Below are positions 30,783-44,164 of a stretch of DNA of 64,000 nucleotides, one piece after another. The stretch lies in the NCBI GenBank assembly GCA_963717505.1, contig OY970342.1, forward strand, positions 1,536,001 to 1,600,000, written 5' to 3'. Each line of letters opens with the position of its first letter. Position 1 is the stretch's first letter. The translations under genes and the position numbers were made by a program. A model generated the notes under the pieces. That model worked only from the letters and a program-made list of their open reading frames with translations. It was not told where the DNA came from and searched no databases. The stretch comes from Candidatus Eiseniibacteriota bacterium. Its GTDB lineage: Bacteria > Eisenbacteria > RBG-16-71-46.

Positions 30783-31568
30783 ATGCGTCGAGTCACCGTT
30801 TTCGCGCTCGTCGTCACCCTGCTCGCGGTCGCCACCATCGCCCATGCCAAAGTCGTCACCCGCGAAATCGAGTACACGCAGGGCGAGACCACACTCGGAG
30901 GTTTTCTCGCCAAGGACGACGCCATCAAGGGCAAACGCCCCGGAGTGATCGTGGTGCACGAGTGGTGGGGTCACAACGAGCACGCGCGCAATGCCGCGAT
31001 GAAGCTGGCCGAGGCCGGCTATGTCGCGTTTGCGCTCGACATGTTCGGCAAGGGCAAGGTGACCACACATCCGGAAGAGGCCGAGAAGTTCGTGCAGGAA
31101 GCGATTGCGAATCTGGCGGAGATGTCCGCGCGGTTCGATGCCGCGCGCCAGCAGCTGCTCGCCGACCCGGACGTGAATCCCGAGAAGCTCGGTGCGATCG
31201 GCTATTGCTTCGGCGGCTCCGTGGTTCTCGGTCAGGTGCGTTCGGGCGCCGACCTCGATGCGGTCGCCACTTTTCATGCCGCGCTCGCGACCGAGCATCC
31301 TGCCGAGAAGGGCAAGGTGAAAGCCGAGATCCTGGTGCTCACCGGAGCGGCCGATGCCTGGATTCCGCTGGCGCAGGTCGAGGAGTTCCGCACGGAGATG
31401 ACGGCCGCCGGCGCCAAGTTCCGGATCGTGAGTTACCCGGGAGCCAAGCACAGCTTTAGCAACCCCAGTGCCGGAACGTACGGCATCGACAACCTCGTCT
31501 ACAACGCCGACGCCGCCAAGAAGTCGTGGGCGGAGATGCTCAAGATGTTCAAGAAGGCTTTGAAGTGA
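30783..31568 (+). CDS. Secreted dienelactone hydrolase family protein
   Basis: Signal peptide, HEWWG, GYCFGG, GAKHSFSNP; GGAG RBS before ATG 30783. Confidence 0.92.
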   Translation: MRRVTVFALVVTLLAVATIAHAKVVTREIEYTQGETTLGGFLAKDDAIKGKRPGVIVVHEWWGHNEHARNAAMKLAEAGYVAFALDMFGKGKVTTHPEEAEKFVQEAIANLAEMSARFDAARQQLLADPDVNPEKLGAIGYCFGGSVVLGQVRSGADLDAVATFHAALATEHPAEKGKVKAEILVLTGAADAWIPLAQVEEFRTEMTAAGAKFRIVSYPGAKHSFSNPSAGTYGIDNLVYNADAAKKSWAEMLKMFKKALK

Positions 31569-31619
31569 GGGAATGACGTGCCCGGCGTCCTACCTTCCTG
31601 AGTCGGCTGGTCGTGCGCT

Positions 31620-32126
31620 TCAGTTCGACCGGTAGTTCCCGAACTTGAGCTCGACGCCGAAGTCCTGCTGCTTGAGCAGCGCCATCACGCCCTGCAGCTC
31701 GTCTTTGCTCGGCGACGACACACGCACCGTGTCGCCCTGAATCGACGCCTGCACTTTCTTGAGCTTGGCGTCTTTGATTGTCTTGGCGACCTCGCGCGCC
31801 ATATCGGCGGTGAGGCCATCCTGGATCGCGACCATCTGACGCGCGGTGCTGCCCAAGGCGGTTTCGACCTTGCCCGGACTCAGATTCTTGAGCGGTACCT
31901 GACGGCGCACCATCTTGGACTGCAATACGTCCCAGATCGCTTTGAGCTTGTACTCGTCAGGCGCGGTCAGCGTGATCGATTTCTCTTTCTGGTTGAGCTC
32001 GATGCCGACCTTGAGCCCCTTGAAGTCGTAGCGCGTGGTGATCTCCTTGGTCGCCTGATCCACCGCGTTGTGGACTTCCATGTAGTCGACGCCGGTGGTG
32101 ACGTCGAACGAGCTGGTGCTGGCCAA
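31620..32126 (-). CDS. yajQ: YajQ family nucleotide/c-di-GMP-binding protein
   Basis: SFDV, NAVDQA, RYDFKG, VQASIQGD.VRV, K.DELQ, NYR; probable TTG start after AGGAGG. Confidence 0.93.
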   Translation of the reverse strand: MASTSSFDVTTGVDYMEVHNAVDQATKEITTRYDFKGLKVGIELNQKEKSITLTAPDEYKLKAIWDVLQSKMVRRQVPLKNLSPGKVETALGSTARQMVAIQDGLTADMAREVAKTIKDAKLKKVQASIQGDTVRVSSPSKDELQGVMALLKQQDFGVELKFGNYRSN

Positions 32127-32244
32127 GTGTGCCTCCTGGATCTCGTTGCCCGGACGGCGGATCGGTTCGTCCCTCTTATTACGATAGCTATTCTCAGTCC
32201 GGATGGTAGGGTTTCCGCTGGCCGACATGAAATGGAGGTCGCAA

Positions 32245-34689
32245 ATGTTTGATACCTCGCTCCAGCGGCTCGCCGCTTCGGGCGTCCCTATGGTGGTTCT
32301 TGCTGCAGTGCTGTCCCTCGGGCCCGTAGTCCCGTGCGCCGCGGACGTCGAACCGATCGGCGCCGAAGTTGCAGACCATCCGAGCGGGAGATGGTCGACA
32401 ATCCGCAAGAGTGGGCCGACGCGCATGCTCTACGCGACGGCGTGGGACACTCGGCGAGACCGAATGCTGATCTTCGGCGGCCATCCCCTGGCATTCAACG
32501 ATGTTTGGTATCTGGATCCGTCGGTTCCTGAATGGAAGGAGATCCCAACCGGCGACCCGATGCCCTCGCCCCGCTTCGGCGCCTCGGCCATCTACGATCC
32601 GATCAACGATCGCCTCGTGGTCTACGGCGGATGGACCAACGGCGGGACATTCGGCGATGTCTGGGCTTTGTCGCTCTCCGGCGAGCCCAGCTGGACGCAG
32701 CTCTCCCCTGCGGGCCCAGCGCCGCTGTCTCGCACGTACCACGCCGCCGTCTACGACCCGGTGAATCATCGCATGGTCGTGTTCGGAGGGCATTACTCCG
32801 GGGGTTACGACGGACCTGTTGTGTTCCTCGAGGACACCTGGACGCTTTCGCTGGGGGACTCGCCGGCTTGGACCCGGGTGTCCGGGCCTCAACCCTCCGC
32901 GCGGAATCTCATGTCCGGAGCGTACGATCCGATTCACCAACGCATGATCATCTTCGGCGGCTGGACCGGAGTCGGCTATCTGAGCGACACCTGGTCCCTG
33001 TCCCTGGCCGGGACGCCGTCGTGGACCCGGCTCTCGACCTCGACCGCGCCGAGCCCCCGCCGGGAATACGCCCTCGCATACGATTCCGAAACGGATCGAA
33101 TGGTCCTGTTCGGGGGATTCACTGGTTTCAGTCTCGCGGATCCGCTGGGCCGGCTCGATGACGTGTGGCAGCTCGATGGCCAGACCAATCATTGGCAATT
33201 CGTTCAGTCGGGGCAGTCGCCGGCAACGCGCCGATGCAGTGCCGGGGCGGTCTTCGATCCGGTCGGCCGGCGCATGATCGTCCTGGGCGGATACGGCTTG
33301 AACCCGTCGGGACAGCTCGACTACCTGAATCAGACGCTCGCCCTTTCGCTGTCGGGGACGCCGGGATGGGCCGACTTGTTCGGCTCGCCATTGGCGCCGT
33401 CGCGTCGCCGGGAAGGCGCGGCGGTCTACGATCCCGACCACGAGCAGATGATCCAGTTCTCGGGTACGCAGCCCGCGGGGCCCCTGGACAGCGATGTCTG
33501 GCGCCTGTCGCTGAACGGTCCACCGCAGTGGACTCGTGAGGTGGTTCCCGACGGTCCGACGTCGAGGCATGGACACGCTGCGGTCTGGGACTCGCCTCGG
33601 CATCGCATGCTGATGATGGGTGGCTACGACGACCAAGTCGGCACCTTCGGAAACGATATGTGGGCGTTGACGCTCGGTCCGGTTCCAGCTTGGACGCCGC
33701 TGGCGACCACGGGAACTCCGCCGAGCCCACGCATGATGTTCGGCATGGTCCACGACACCCGTGAAGATCGGCTGCTGATCTTCGGCGGTCACCCGACGTT
33801 CCTCAACGACGTTTGGGAACTGCCTTTGAGCGGTCCTGACGCGCTCCAATGGAATCAGCTGACCCCGAGTGGAGTGCCCCCGGCTCCACGCTGGGGCATG
33901 TCCATGGTCTACGACCGAGATCACGATCGCGCGATCATCTTTGGTGGGACCAGCTCAGGCGGTACGGGGAGGAACGACACTTGGGCGCTGGATCTCCGTG
34001 GTGGCGACGTCGAATGGACCGAGCTGGAAACCGGGGTGGCGCGTCCCGCCCCGCGCTTCGTCCACAGCGCGATCTTCGACGAGAAACGCGGACGAATGGT
34101 GATCTATGGCGGAGCGACGGGATCGAACTTCCTTGACGACGTCTGGGAGATGAGTCCTTCCCGGCATCGGGCCCGCTGGGAGCCGATGGCTCCGGATGGC
34201 GAATCGCCCGGAACGCGGGATTTGCACAGCGCCGTCTACGATCCCGAGGGGGACCGCATGGTCGTGTTCGGCGGCTTCCGGTATCCATCCGAGTACTTCA
34301 ACGACACCTGGTTCCTGGAGTGGGGACGCGGCCGTAACCACGACGATGACGACGATGACGGCGGTGACATCATCGTCAACAAGGGCGGCGGTCCGATGTC
34401 GGCTCCATCTGCTTCGGCGTCCGCGGTACTGGCGTTGACGCGCATCCATCCCAACCCGAGCTCGGGGCCGATCTCGATCACGTTTTCACTGCCGCGCAAT
34501 GATCCCGCTACGTTGGAGCTCGTGGACGTCGCGGGTCGCGTCGTCCAGCGTCGCGAGGTCGGGGCACTCGGCCCGGGAACGCACACGGTGAGCATGGGCC
34601 GTCAGGAACGGGTCTCGGCAGGCATCTACTTCATCAGCCTCACTCAGGGCGGCGAGCGCCTCTACCGGCGGTACTCGGTCGTCAGGTAA
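32245..34689 (+). CDS. Secreted Kelch-repeat beta-propeller protein with T9SS-like CTD
   Basis: About 12 repeats of AVYDP..RMVVFGG..NDTW.L; poly-Asp linker; CTD HPNPS...DVAGR...AGIYF; GGAGG RBS before 32245. Confidence 0.88.
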   Translation: MFDTSLQRLAASGVPMVVLAAVLSLGPVVPCAADVEPIGAEVADHPSGRWSTIRKSGPTRMLYATAWDTRRDRMLIFGGHPLAFNDVWYLDPSVPEWKEIPTGDPMPSPRFGASAIYDPINDRLVVYGGWTNGGTFGDVWALSLSGEPSWTQLSPAGPAPLSRTYHAAVYDPVNHRMVVFGGHYSGGYDGPVVFLEDTWTLSLGDSPAWTRVSGPQPSARNLMSGAYDPIHQRMIIFGGWTGVGYLSDTWSLSLAGTPSWTRLSTSTAPSPRREYALAYDSETDRMVLFGGFTGFSLADPLGRLDDVWQLDGQTNHWQFVQSGQSPATRRCSAGAVFDPVGRRMIVLGGYGLNPSGQLDYLNQTLALSLSGTPGWADLFGSPLAPSRRREGAAVYDPDHEQMIQFSGTQPAGPLDSDVWRLSLNGPPQWTREVVPDGPTSRHGHAAVWDSPRHRMLMMGGYDDQVGTFGNDMWALTLGPVPAWTPLATTGTPPSPRMMFGMVHDTREDRLLIFGGHPTFLNDVWELPLSGPDALQWNQLTPSGVPPAPRWGMSMVYDRDHDRAIIFGGTSSGGTGRNDTWALDLRGGDVEWTELETGVARPAPRFVHSAIFDEKRGRMVIYGGATGSNFLDDVWEMSPSRHRARWEPMAPDGESPGTRDLHSAVYDPEGDRMVVFGGFRYPSEYFNDTWFLEWGRGRNHDDDDDDGGDIIVNKGGGPMSAPSASASAVLALTRIHPNPSSGPISITFSLPRNDPATLELVDVAGRVVQRREVGALGPGTHTVSMGRQERVSAGIYFISLTQGGERLYRRYSVVR

Positions 34690-34698
34690 GGCACGCGG

Positions 34699-35175
34699 CT
34701 AGGCGGGGCGCTCGATGTGGAGCTCGAGCGCTCTCGCCAGTCGCGGTCGCGAGAGCACTTCGCGTTTCACGGCCTCGAGCCCTCGACGCTGTGACTCCCA
34801 GAGATAGAGTCGGCCGGCGGTCGCCGCGCTCGTGAACCGGTGTGCGTCGTGTTCGTGAGACAGCCGAATTCGGGCCGCGGGCTTCACTTCGGCGGCAAAC
34901 AACGGCAGCACCATCGCAAGGCTGGTCGAACCGTCGAAATAGACGGTCACAGTCTCGAGAGCCCACAGTCGAATCGGCGCGACGCCGGTTTCTTCGATGA
35001 CCTCGCGGCGGGCTGCGACATCAGCGCGCTCTCGAGCGAAGCGCTTGCCGGTGACCGGCTGCCAAACCCCCGCCAGTGACCGGCCCGCGGAGCGCCTCAG
35101 GCACAGGAACTCCACCCGTCTGCCACGGCGCCGGAAGACGTAGACCTCGACGTGGGCTGGCTTGAGGTTGCGCAC
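34699..35175 (-). CDS. NUDIX hydrolase (NudB-like)
   Basis: WQPVTG...AARREVIEETG, LSHEHDAHRF; probable GTG start 35175. Confidence 0.85.
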   Translation of the reverse strand: MRNLKPAHVEVYVFRRRGRRVEFLCLRRSAGRSLAGVWQPVTGKRFARERADVAARREVIEETGVAPIRLWALETVTVYFDGSTSLAMVLPLFAAEVKPAARIRLSHEHDAHRFTSAATAGRLYLWESQRRGLEAVKREVLSRPRLARALELHIERPA

Positions 35176-35310
35176 GGAGGCGGAACATAGATGTGTGGGC
35201 CGGCTTCGGGAAGGGGGCCAGCCGACTGTACACATGTGCCCCAGCAGCAAAGACCGCGTGTTGGCCACCGAGGCGAACTGGCCCCGGGGCCAGTTGAGGG
35301 GACTTTCGGG

Positions 35311-35339
35311 TTGACCCCGAACAGGGCTTTCCCTACATT
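35311..35339 (+). promoter_or_regulatory. sigma70-type promoter of atp operon
   Basis: TTGACC (35311-35316), 17-bp spacer, TACATT (35334-35339). Confidence 0.65.
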
Positions 35340-35414
35340 CCCCCGGCTTCTGCGAACGTCATCCACTGCAACGGTTAGCCGGAAGCTTGTGAAATTTTTC
35401 ACTGAGGTCGCGGC

Positions 35415-35675
35415 ATGACCGAACCGCGCGACAAGGAGCGCTATTCCGCCCTGCGCGTCGGTGGGCTGCTGCTCGCCATTCCAACGCTGATCATCGTGTC
35501 CCCGCTCGTCGGATTCTTCGGCGGCGGCGCCCTGGATCGTTGGCTCGGGACGAAACCCTGGCTGGCTCTGGTCGGGCTCGTCCTCGGGTTCGTCGCCGCA
35601 GGGCGTGAGACCCAGCGAATCTACCGGCGTTATTTGGAAGAAACCGAGAAGGAGCAACGCGGGCCCCGCCCCTAG
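35415..35675 (+). CDS. AtpZ/AtpI-type two-TM ATP synthase accessory protein
   Basis: GFFGGGALDRWLGTKPW...GLVLGFVAAG; first gene of the atp operon. Confidence 0.88.
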   Translation: MTEPRDKERYSALRVGGLLLAIPTLIIVSPLVGFFGGGALDRWLGTKPWLALVGLVLGFVAAGRETQRIYRRYLEETEKEQRGPRP

Positions 35676-35693
35676 CGGGCGCCACCAGCCATC

Positions 35694-37145
35694 ATGGGTC
35701 TCGAGTTCCTCGCTCGTATCCGGCGCAGCACGATCCTCCTCGGGATCTTCGGCGCGCTTGCGGTCGCGACTTACGCCGGGCCGACTTCCGGTCTGGGGCT
35801 TGCCGCCGGCATCGCGTGGTCGCTCGCGAATCTGGCGCTGCTCGAGCGATTGATCGTTGCGATCACCGGGAGCGATCGCCGCTCGATGCCGGCCGTGAAG
35901 CGCGCGAGTCTCGCTGCCGCCGGCATGATGGGCCTGTTCGGCGCCGGTGGCGTGCTCCTCTTCCTGCTGCCGCCGATCTGGCTCTCGGTCGGGTTCATCG
36001 CGCCGTTCGCGGTCATGGTGCTCAAGGCTGCCTCGCTCTTGCTCCTGCAGTCGCCGGCCTGGAAATGGTTGCTCGCGCGTCCCTGGCGCGCGGCACTGGT
36101 CACGGTCAGCCTGCTGGTCGCGGCGTGGTGGGCGATTCCCGCCTGGCTCGACGTTCCGGCCGCCAACCCCTCGGCCACCGATACCGCGAGCCACGCTGCC
36201 GGCTCACATTCCGAGGCCACGACCGACTCGCACGCCACGAGCGTCGCGAGCGATCCGCACGCGGCCGATCCCCACGCCACGGGCGGTTCCGCGGCGGCAC
36301 ACGGCGAGTCGGAGCATGGCGGTGGCCACGGAAAGGCTTCGGGACCTTCCAAGTTTCCGAACCTGATCACCTACCTGAGCGCATTCTTCCCCGACTCCCC
36401 GTGGGTCCAGTTCCTCCATCACTGGGAGATCCAGGTGTTCGCGCTGCTGTTCGCCGCGGTCATCTGTCTGGTCGCCTTCCTGGCCACGCGGCGCGCCACG
36501 TTGATTCCGGGCCGGCTCCAGAACGTGGTCGAGCTGTTGGTCTCGACGCTCTACGACTTCATCGTCGGCATCCTCGGCGAGAAGTACGGCCCTCGCTTCG
36601 TACCGTTCCTTGGCACCTTGTTCCTCTACATCTGGGTCATGAACCTGGCCGGTCTGGTGCCGGGGCTCGAAGCGCCGACCTCGAGCCTCAACACCACCTT
36701 CGCGCTCGGCATCACGGTGTTCCTCTACGCGCAGTGGGTCGGCTTGCGCATGCTCGGCCCGGTCGGCTACTTCGACCACTTGATGGGCAGCCCGCGCGAC
36801 CCGATGTCGTGGGCGCTGGTGCCGATCATGCTGCCGATCCACATCCTGGGCGAGCTGGCCAAACCGATCTCGCTCTCGTGCCGATTGTTCGGCAACATCT
36901 TCGGCGAGGACATGTTGCTGGTCGCTTTCGCCACTCTGGGAGTGACCGCGATCGCGTCCCTGAACCTGCCGATCGGCCTGCCGCTGCACCTGCCGTTCAT
37001 GTTCCTGGCGTTGCTGACCGGCACGATCCAGGCCCTGGTGTTCACGGTGTTGAGCACGATCTACCTGCTCCTCATGCTGCCGCACGACGAGCATCACGCC
37101 GAGCACGCGCACGAGGGGGAGGCGCAACCCGCGCACGCACACTAG
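35694..37145 (+). CDS. atpB: ATP synthase subunit a with N-terminal AtpI-like fusion and His-rich linker
   Basis: C-terminal half PGRLQNVVE, NLAGLVPG, PTSSLNTT, ISLSCRLFGNI, IQALVFTVLSTIY; about 150 aa hydrophobic N-terminal region in the same frame. Confidence 0.9.
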   Translation: MGLEFLARIRRSTILLGIFGALAVATYAGPTSGLGLAAGIAWSLANLALLERLIVAITGSDRRSMPAVKRASLAAAGMMGLFGAGGVLLFLLPPIWLSVGFIAPFAVMVLKAASLLLLQSPAWKWLLARPWRAALVTVSLLVAAWWAIPAWLDVPAANPSATDTASHAAGSHSEATTDSHATSVASDPHAADPHATGGSAAAHGESEHGGGHGKASGPSKFPNLITYLSAFFPDSPWVQFLHHWEIQVFALLFAAVICLVAFLATRRATLIPGRLQNVVELLVSTLYDFIVGILGEKYGPRFVPFLGTLFLYIWVMNLAGLVPGLEAPTSSLNTTFALGITVFLYAQWVGLRMLGPVGYFDHLMGSPRDPMSWALVPIMLPIHILGELAKPISLSCRLFGNIFGEDMLLVAFATLGVTAIASLNLPIGLPLHLPFMFLALLTGTIQALVFTVLSTIYLLLMLPHDEHHAEHAHEGEAQPAHAH

Positions 37146-37209
37146 AACCTCACGCGTTCCAAAGTTGTTTCACGATCCGCAGATCCACAATTGAAGGAGG
37201 AAGACGGTC

Positions 37210-37446
37210 ATGGATTTCCAGGCAGCGCTCGCACTCGGACTCCCATTGGGCATCGGCATCGCCGCGATCGGCTCGGGCATCGGCCTCGGCCTGATCGGCC
37301 AGGGCGCGATGACCGCGATCGGCCGCCAGCCCGAAGCCACCGGCAAGATCCAGCTCGCCATGATCATCATCGCCGGCCTGGCCGAAGCGCTGACGATCTA
37401 CGCGTTCGTCACGATGTTCTTGCTGTCGGGGAAGATCGGAGGCTGA
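37210..37446 (+). CDS. atpE: ATP synthase subunit c (H+-type)
   Basis: GxGxGxG helix, RQPE loop, LAEALTIY; Na+ signature residues absent. Confidence 0.97.
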   Translation: MDFQAALALGLPLGIGIAAIGSGIGLGLIGQGAMTAIGRQPEATGKIQLAMIIIAGLAEALTIYAFVTMFLLSGKIGG

Positions 37447-37509
37447 CACGGTGCGCAGGACTTGGCGGGCAGTGCACCGTCCGCCGTCCGGTCCGTGTGA
37501 GGAGCACTC

Positions 37510-37998
37510 ATGAATTTGATCGACATCCGGCAGGTCGTCACCCAAATCGTCGGCTTCCTGTTGTTGGTCTGGCTGCTGCGCCGATTCGCCTGGGCACCGG
37601 TTCTGAAGATGCTCGAAGAGCGCCGGCAAAAGATCGCCGGTGAGTTCCAGGAGGCGGAACGGCGCAAGGGCGAGGCGGATCAGCTCCGCGCGAAGTACGA
37701 GCAGGAGCTGAAGACGATCGACGCCCAGGCGCGCCAGAAGCTTCAAGAGGCGGTGGCCGACGGCCAGCGGGTCGCGGTCGAAATCAAGGCGCAGGCGAAT
37801 CAGGAAGCCGCGGCACGGCTGGCGCGGTCCGAGGACGAGATCGCGCGCGAGCGCGAGAAGGCCAAGGAGCTGCTCAAGCAGGCGGTGATCACGCTGTCGA
37901 TGCGCAGCGCGGAGAAGATCCTGCGCCAGAAGCTCGACGAGAAGCAGCAGCGCCAGCTGGTCAGCGAGTTCATCGACGAGGTCGGAGCGCTGAATTGA
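37510..37998 (+). CDS. atpF: ATP synthase subunit b
   Basis: N-terminal TM, FAWAPVLKMLEERRQKI, coiled coil. Confidence 0.95.
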   Translation: MNLIDIRQVVTQIVGFLLLVWLLRRFAWAPVLKMLEERRQKIAGEFQEAERRKGEADQLRAKYEQELKTIDAQARQKLQEAVADGQRVAVEIKAQANQEAAARLARSEDEIAREREKAKELLKQAVITLSMRSAEKILRQKLDEKQQRQLVSEFIDEVGALN

Positions 37999-38540
37999 AA
38001 GACACCACGGTCGCCGCCCGCTACGCGCGGGCCCTGTTCATCGTCACCGAGAAGCGCAAGGAGACGACGCGCGCGCTCGAGGACTTGAAGGGCGCGTGGG
38101 AGGTTCTTCGCCCGGGAACGCGGGCCGGCACGATGCTGGCCACGCCCCAGGTCCGCATGACCGACAAGCGGGCCGCGCTGCGGACGACCTTCGAGAACCG
38201 GGTGCTGCGCATTGTCGCGGTGTTCATCGACCTGCTCCTGCGCAAGCGGCGGCTCGGCGAGCTGGAGACCATCGTCCACGAGTTCGAGGCTTTGGTCGAG
38301 CGCATGCAGGGCATCCAGCGGGCGCACGCGGTGAGTGCCGTGCCGCTCGCGGCTGGCGAGCGCGATCGCCTGCACGGCGAGCTCGAACGCACGACCGGCA
38401 AGAAGATCAAGATGACCACCGAAGTCGACGGCGAGTTGATCGGCGGGGTCCTGGTGCGGATCGGGGACCGCGTAATCGATCGCTCCGTGCGCACGCTGCT
38501 GGAGAAAATCGAGCAACAGCTCTTGGAAACCAACGTCTAG
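37995..38540 (+). CDS. atpH: ATP synthase subunit delta
   Basis: VAARYARALF, VDGELIGGVLVRIGDRVIDRSV. Confidence 0.95.
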   Translation: MKDTTVAARYARALFIVTEKRKETTRALEDLKGAWEVLRPGTRAGTMLATPQVRMTDKRAALRTTFENRVLRIVAVFIDLLLRKRRLGELETIVHEFEALVERMQGIQRAHAVSAVPLAAGERDRLHGELERTTGKKIKMTTEVDGELIGGVLVRIGDRVIDRSVRTLLEKIEQQLLETNV

Positions 38541-38601
38541 GGCACGGCGCCGGGTGGCGCCGCGCTGGAATCCACACGCATAGAGGAACGGGGTTCGATC
38601 C

Positions 38602-40110
<1,509 letters not shown>

Positions 40111-40114
40111 GCGA

Positions 40115-40969
40115 ATGGCGTCGCTCAAAGACCTCAGGCGGCGAATCCGCGCCACGAAGAGCATGCAGCAGATCTTCAAGGCGATGGAGATGGTTGCTGC
40201 CGCGAAGCTGCGCCGGGCGCAGTCGCGCGCGCAGAGCGCGGCGCCGTATTCGGAACGCATCACCGCCATGTTGTCGAATCTGGCGGGGGCGGCGGCCGAG
40301 CTCGAGCATCCCTTGTTCAAGGCCCGAGAGGCGAAGACCACAGCGATCGTCGTGGTCACTTCGGACCGCGGCTTCGCCGGCGCCTACAACACGACCATCC
40401 TGCGCGCGGCCGAGCAGCGGGTGAAGACGGCGCCCTCGGGCGCGGTGCAGCTGCTCGTGCTCGGCCGCAAAGGGCGGGACTACATGCGCCGGCGCCACGT
40501 GCCGGTGATCGCGGCGCACACCGATCTGCCGGGCGAAGCCAGCCTGGAGCTGGCACGCCGGCTGACCACGGAGCTGACCGATCTGTTCACCGGGGGCACC
40601 GTCGACCGGGTCGAGCTGATGTACACGCACTTCGTGAACGCACTGGTTCGCAAGGTTCGAACCGAAGGGTTCCTGCCGATCGGAACCGACTCGGGCACCA
40701 CCGCCAGTGACCGCGGCACCATCTTCGAGCCCGGCCCCGAAGAGATCTTCGCCGAGCTGCTGCCGCGTTACGCCACCGCCAAACTCTACGCTGCCATGGC
40801 CGACGCGCTTGCGTCGGAACACGGCGCGCGCATGATCGCCATGGGCTCGGCCCGCAAGAACGCAGGCGAGCTCGTGGATTCGCTGACTTTGACCCGGAAC
40901 CGCCTGCGCCAGGCGGCGATCACCAAGGAGATCGCCGAACTGGTGGGCGGCGCCGAAGCGCTCAGGTAG
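40115..40969 (+). CDS. atpG: ATP synthase subunit gamma
   Basis: MASLKDLRRRI, AMEMVAAAK, SEHGARM, NRLRQAAITKEI. Confidence 0.97.
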   Translation: MASLKDLRRRIRATKSMQQIFKAMEMVAAAKLRRAQSRAQSAAPYSERITAMLSNLAGAAAELEHPLFKAREAKTTAIVVVTSDRGFAGAYNTTILRAAEQRVKTAPSGAVQLLVLGRKGRDYMRRRHVPVIAAHTDLPGEASLELARRLTTELTDLFTGGTVDRVELMYTHFVNALVRKVRTEGFLPIGTDSGTTASDRGTIFEPGPEEIFAELLPRYATAKLYAAMADALASEHGARMIAMGSARKNAGELVDSLTLTRNRLRQAAITKEIAELVGGAEALR

Positions 40970-40973
40970 GGGG

Positions 40974-41639
40974 ATGGACATGGGCAAGGGCCGTCGCAAT
41001 CACCTGAAACACGCTCTCGGGATCCTCTGTGCCGTCATCGCGGCGCCGCTGATCGCGATCGCCGCCGATGACCTCGAGTCGCTCGAGATGGAGGTCGAGG
41101 CTGTCCAGAACTCGTTCTTCGCCGCGATCAACGGGAGCTATCAAGCACCGCCGATCCCCGATCTGGTGAGGGCGCTGCCGGCCGATCAGCAGCGCGCCGC
41201 GGTGCGGACCATGGCCGGTGTTGCCAAGACGTTCATGGGATCGAGCGAGTTCAAGAAGGACTACTCGGCGGCGTACAAGCGCACGAAGCCCAAGGGCTTC
41301 GGAATTCCCAACCTGAGCGTGGATGCGCTCACGGGATCTGCGGCCGACAAGGCGCTCGGAGAGGAAAAGAAGGAAGAGCCCTGGAAGTTGGAGAAGGACC
41401 CGAACGCCCAGCTGCGTAAGCGACTCAAGTCCTTTCTGAGCGTGACCGAAGACGTCGACTTCGACGCCGCGACCACTGGGTCGAACCGGCGCGGGCAGTT
41501 CAATAACAGCGAGTACGAAACCAAGCCGCCCGAGTGGAAGATGTGTTTTCGCGCCGGCCCGGAGGTTGCCGATGAAGTCCGGACCGTCGCCAAGGAATGG
41601 CTGAAGGAACTCGAGCCGGCCGAACCCAAGAAGAAGTAA
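40974..41639 (+). CDS. Secreted hypothetical protein inserted in atp operon
   Basis: Signal peptide; C-terminal block RLKSFLSVTEDVDFDA...YETKPPEWKMCFRAG; host-like codon usage. Confidence 0.75.
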   Translation: MDMGKGRRNHLKHALGILCAVIAAPLIAIAADDLESLEMEVEAVQNSFFAAINGSYQAPPIPDLVRALPADQQRAAVRTMAGVAKTFMGSSEFKKDYSAAYKRTKPKGFGIPNLSVDALTGSAADKALGEEKKEEPWKLEKDPNAQLRKRLKSFLSVTEDVDFDAATTGSNRRGQFNNSEYETKPPEWKMCFRAGPEVADEVRTVAKEWLKELEPAEPKKK

Positions 41640-43419
<1,780 letters not shown>

Positions 43420-44164
43420 CCCCTGGCGCCGACGGCTCCCGCGGATCGCTGGCCAGCCCGTACGGTTTCGCAGATGATGCCTTCTCCATCCCACCGCCGC
43501 GCCTGATCGATCAGCTCCGCGAACAGCATCACCCATCCGACTGGCTCTACGTGACCACGCCATCCGAACGTCGCGAGGTCCGCGTGAAGGACATCGACGC
43601 ATCGGGTCTCATGAGCCCGCGTTCCCGGGGGTCCCATGTCACCGACCACACCATCCCGTGGTCCGAAGTTGCGCGCATCGAGGAAAGGCGATCCGGTTTC
43701 CGCACGGGTCAGGTCGTCGGCGCCGTGGTCGCTGCAACCGCGCTCTCATACGCCGGTGCGGCGTTCGACAATGAGGTCGGGGCAACAACCGTCCAGGCCG
43801 CCTGGATCGCCCTCCCCGTTGGGGCACTCGTGGGAGGGTGGATCGGAGGCCGCGTGGGTGACCGGTCCGTTACGACGCCGGCGGCCCGCTCCCCGCGGAA
43901 CCGGTGTCGTGGTCGCGGATCACGAGCGTCGAGCGCCACGGAAAGGCAACGGGCCGTTCGGCCATCATCGGCGCCTTGATCGTCGGCGGCTTCATGGGAT
44001 ACGCGGCAGGGGCCGTTGCCGCCGGAGTCGAATCCGACGAGGTAGGTCTGGCAGCCGCCGGAGGCGTGGCCGCTGGAGCGCTGATCGGCGGCGGAGTTGG
44101 AGCCCTCATCGGATCCCACGTACCGCAGTGGCACACGGTCTACACAGCGCCACACCCATCGTGA
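43420..44164 (+). pseudogene. 5'-truncated, frameshifted two-module glycine-zipper membrane protein remnant
   Basis: Two related modules (IPWSEVARIEERR + Gly zipper; VSWSRITSVERH + Gly zipper) in different frames, joined near 43870; no start or signal peptide after atpC. Confidence 0.6.

Noticed and set aside
32245-34400. CRISPR-like periodic repeats
   Set aside because: The periodicity is protein-level Kelch repeats with degenerate DNA; no identical repeat-spacer array was seen in the window.
37447-38601. Intergenic hairpins after atpE and atpH as novel ncRNAs
   Set aside because: Such stem-loops are ordinary mRNA stability or stoichiometry elements in atp operons.
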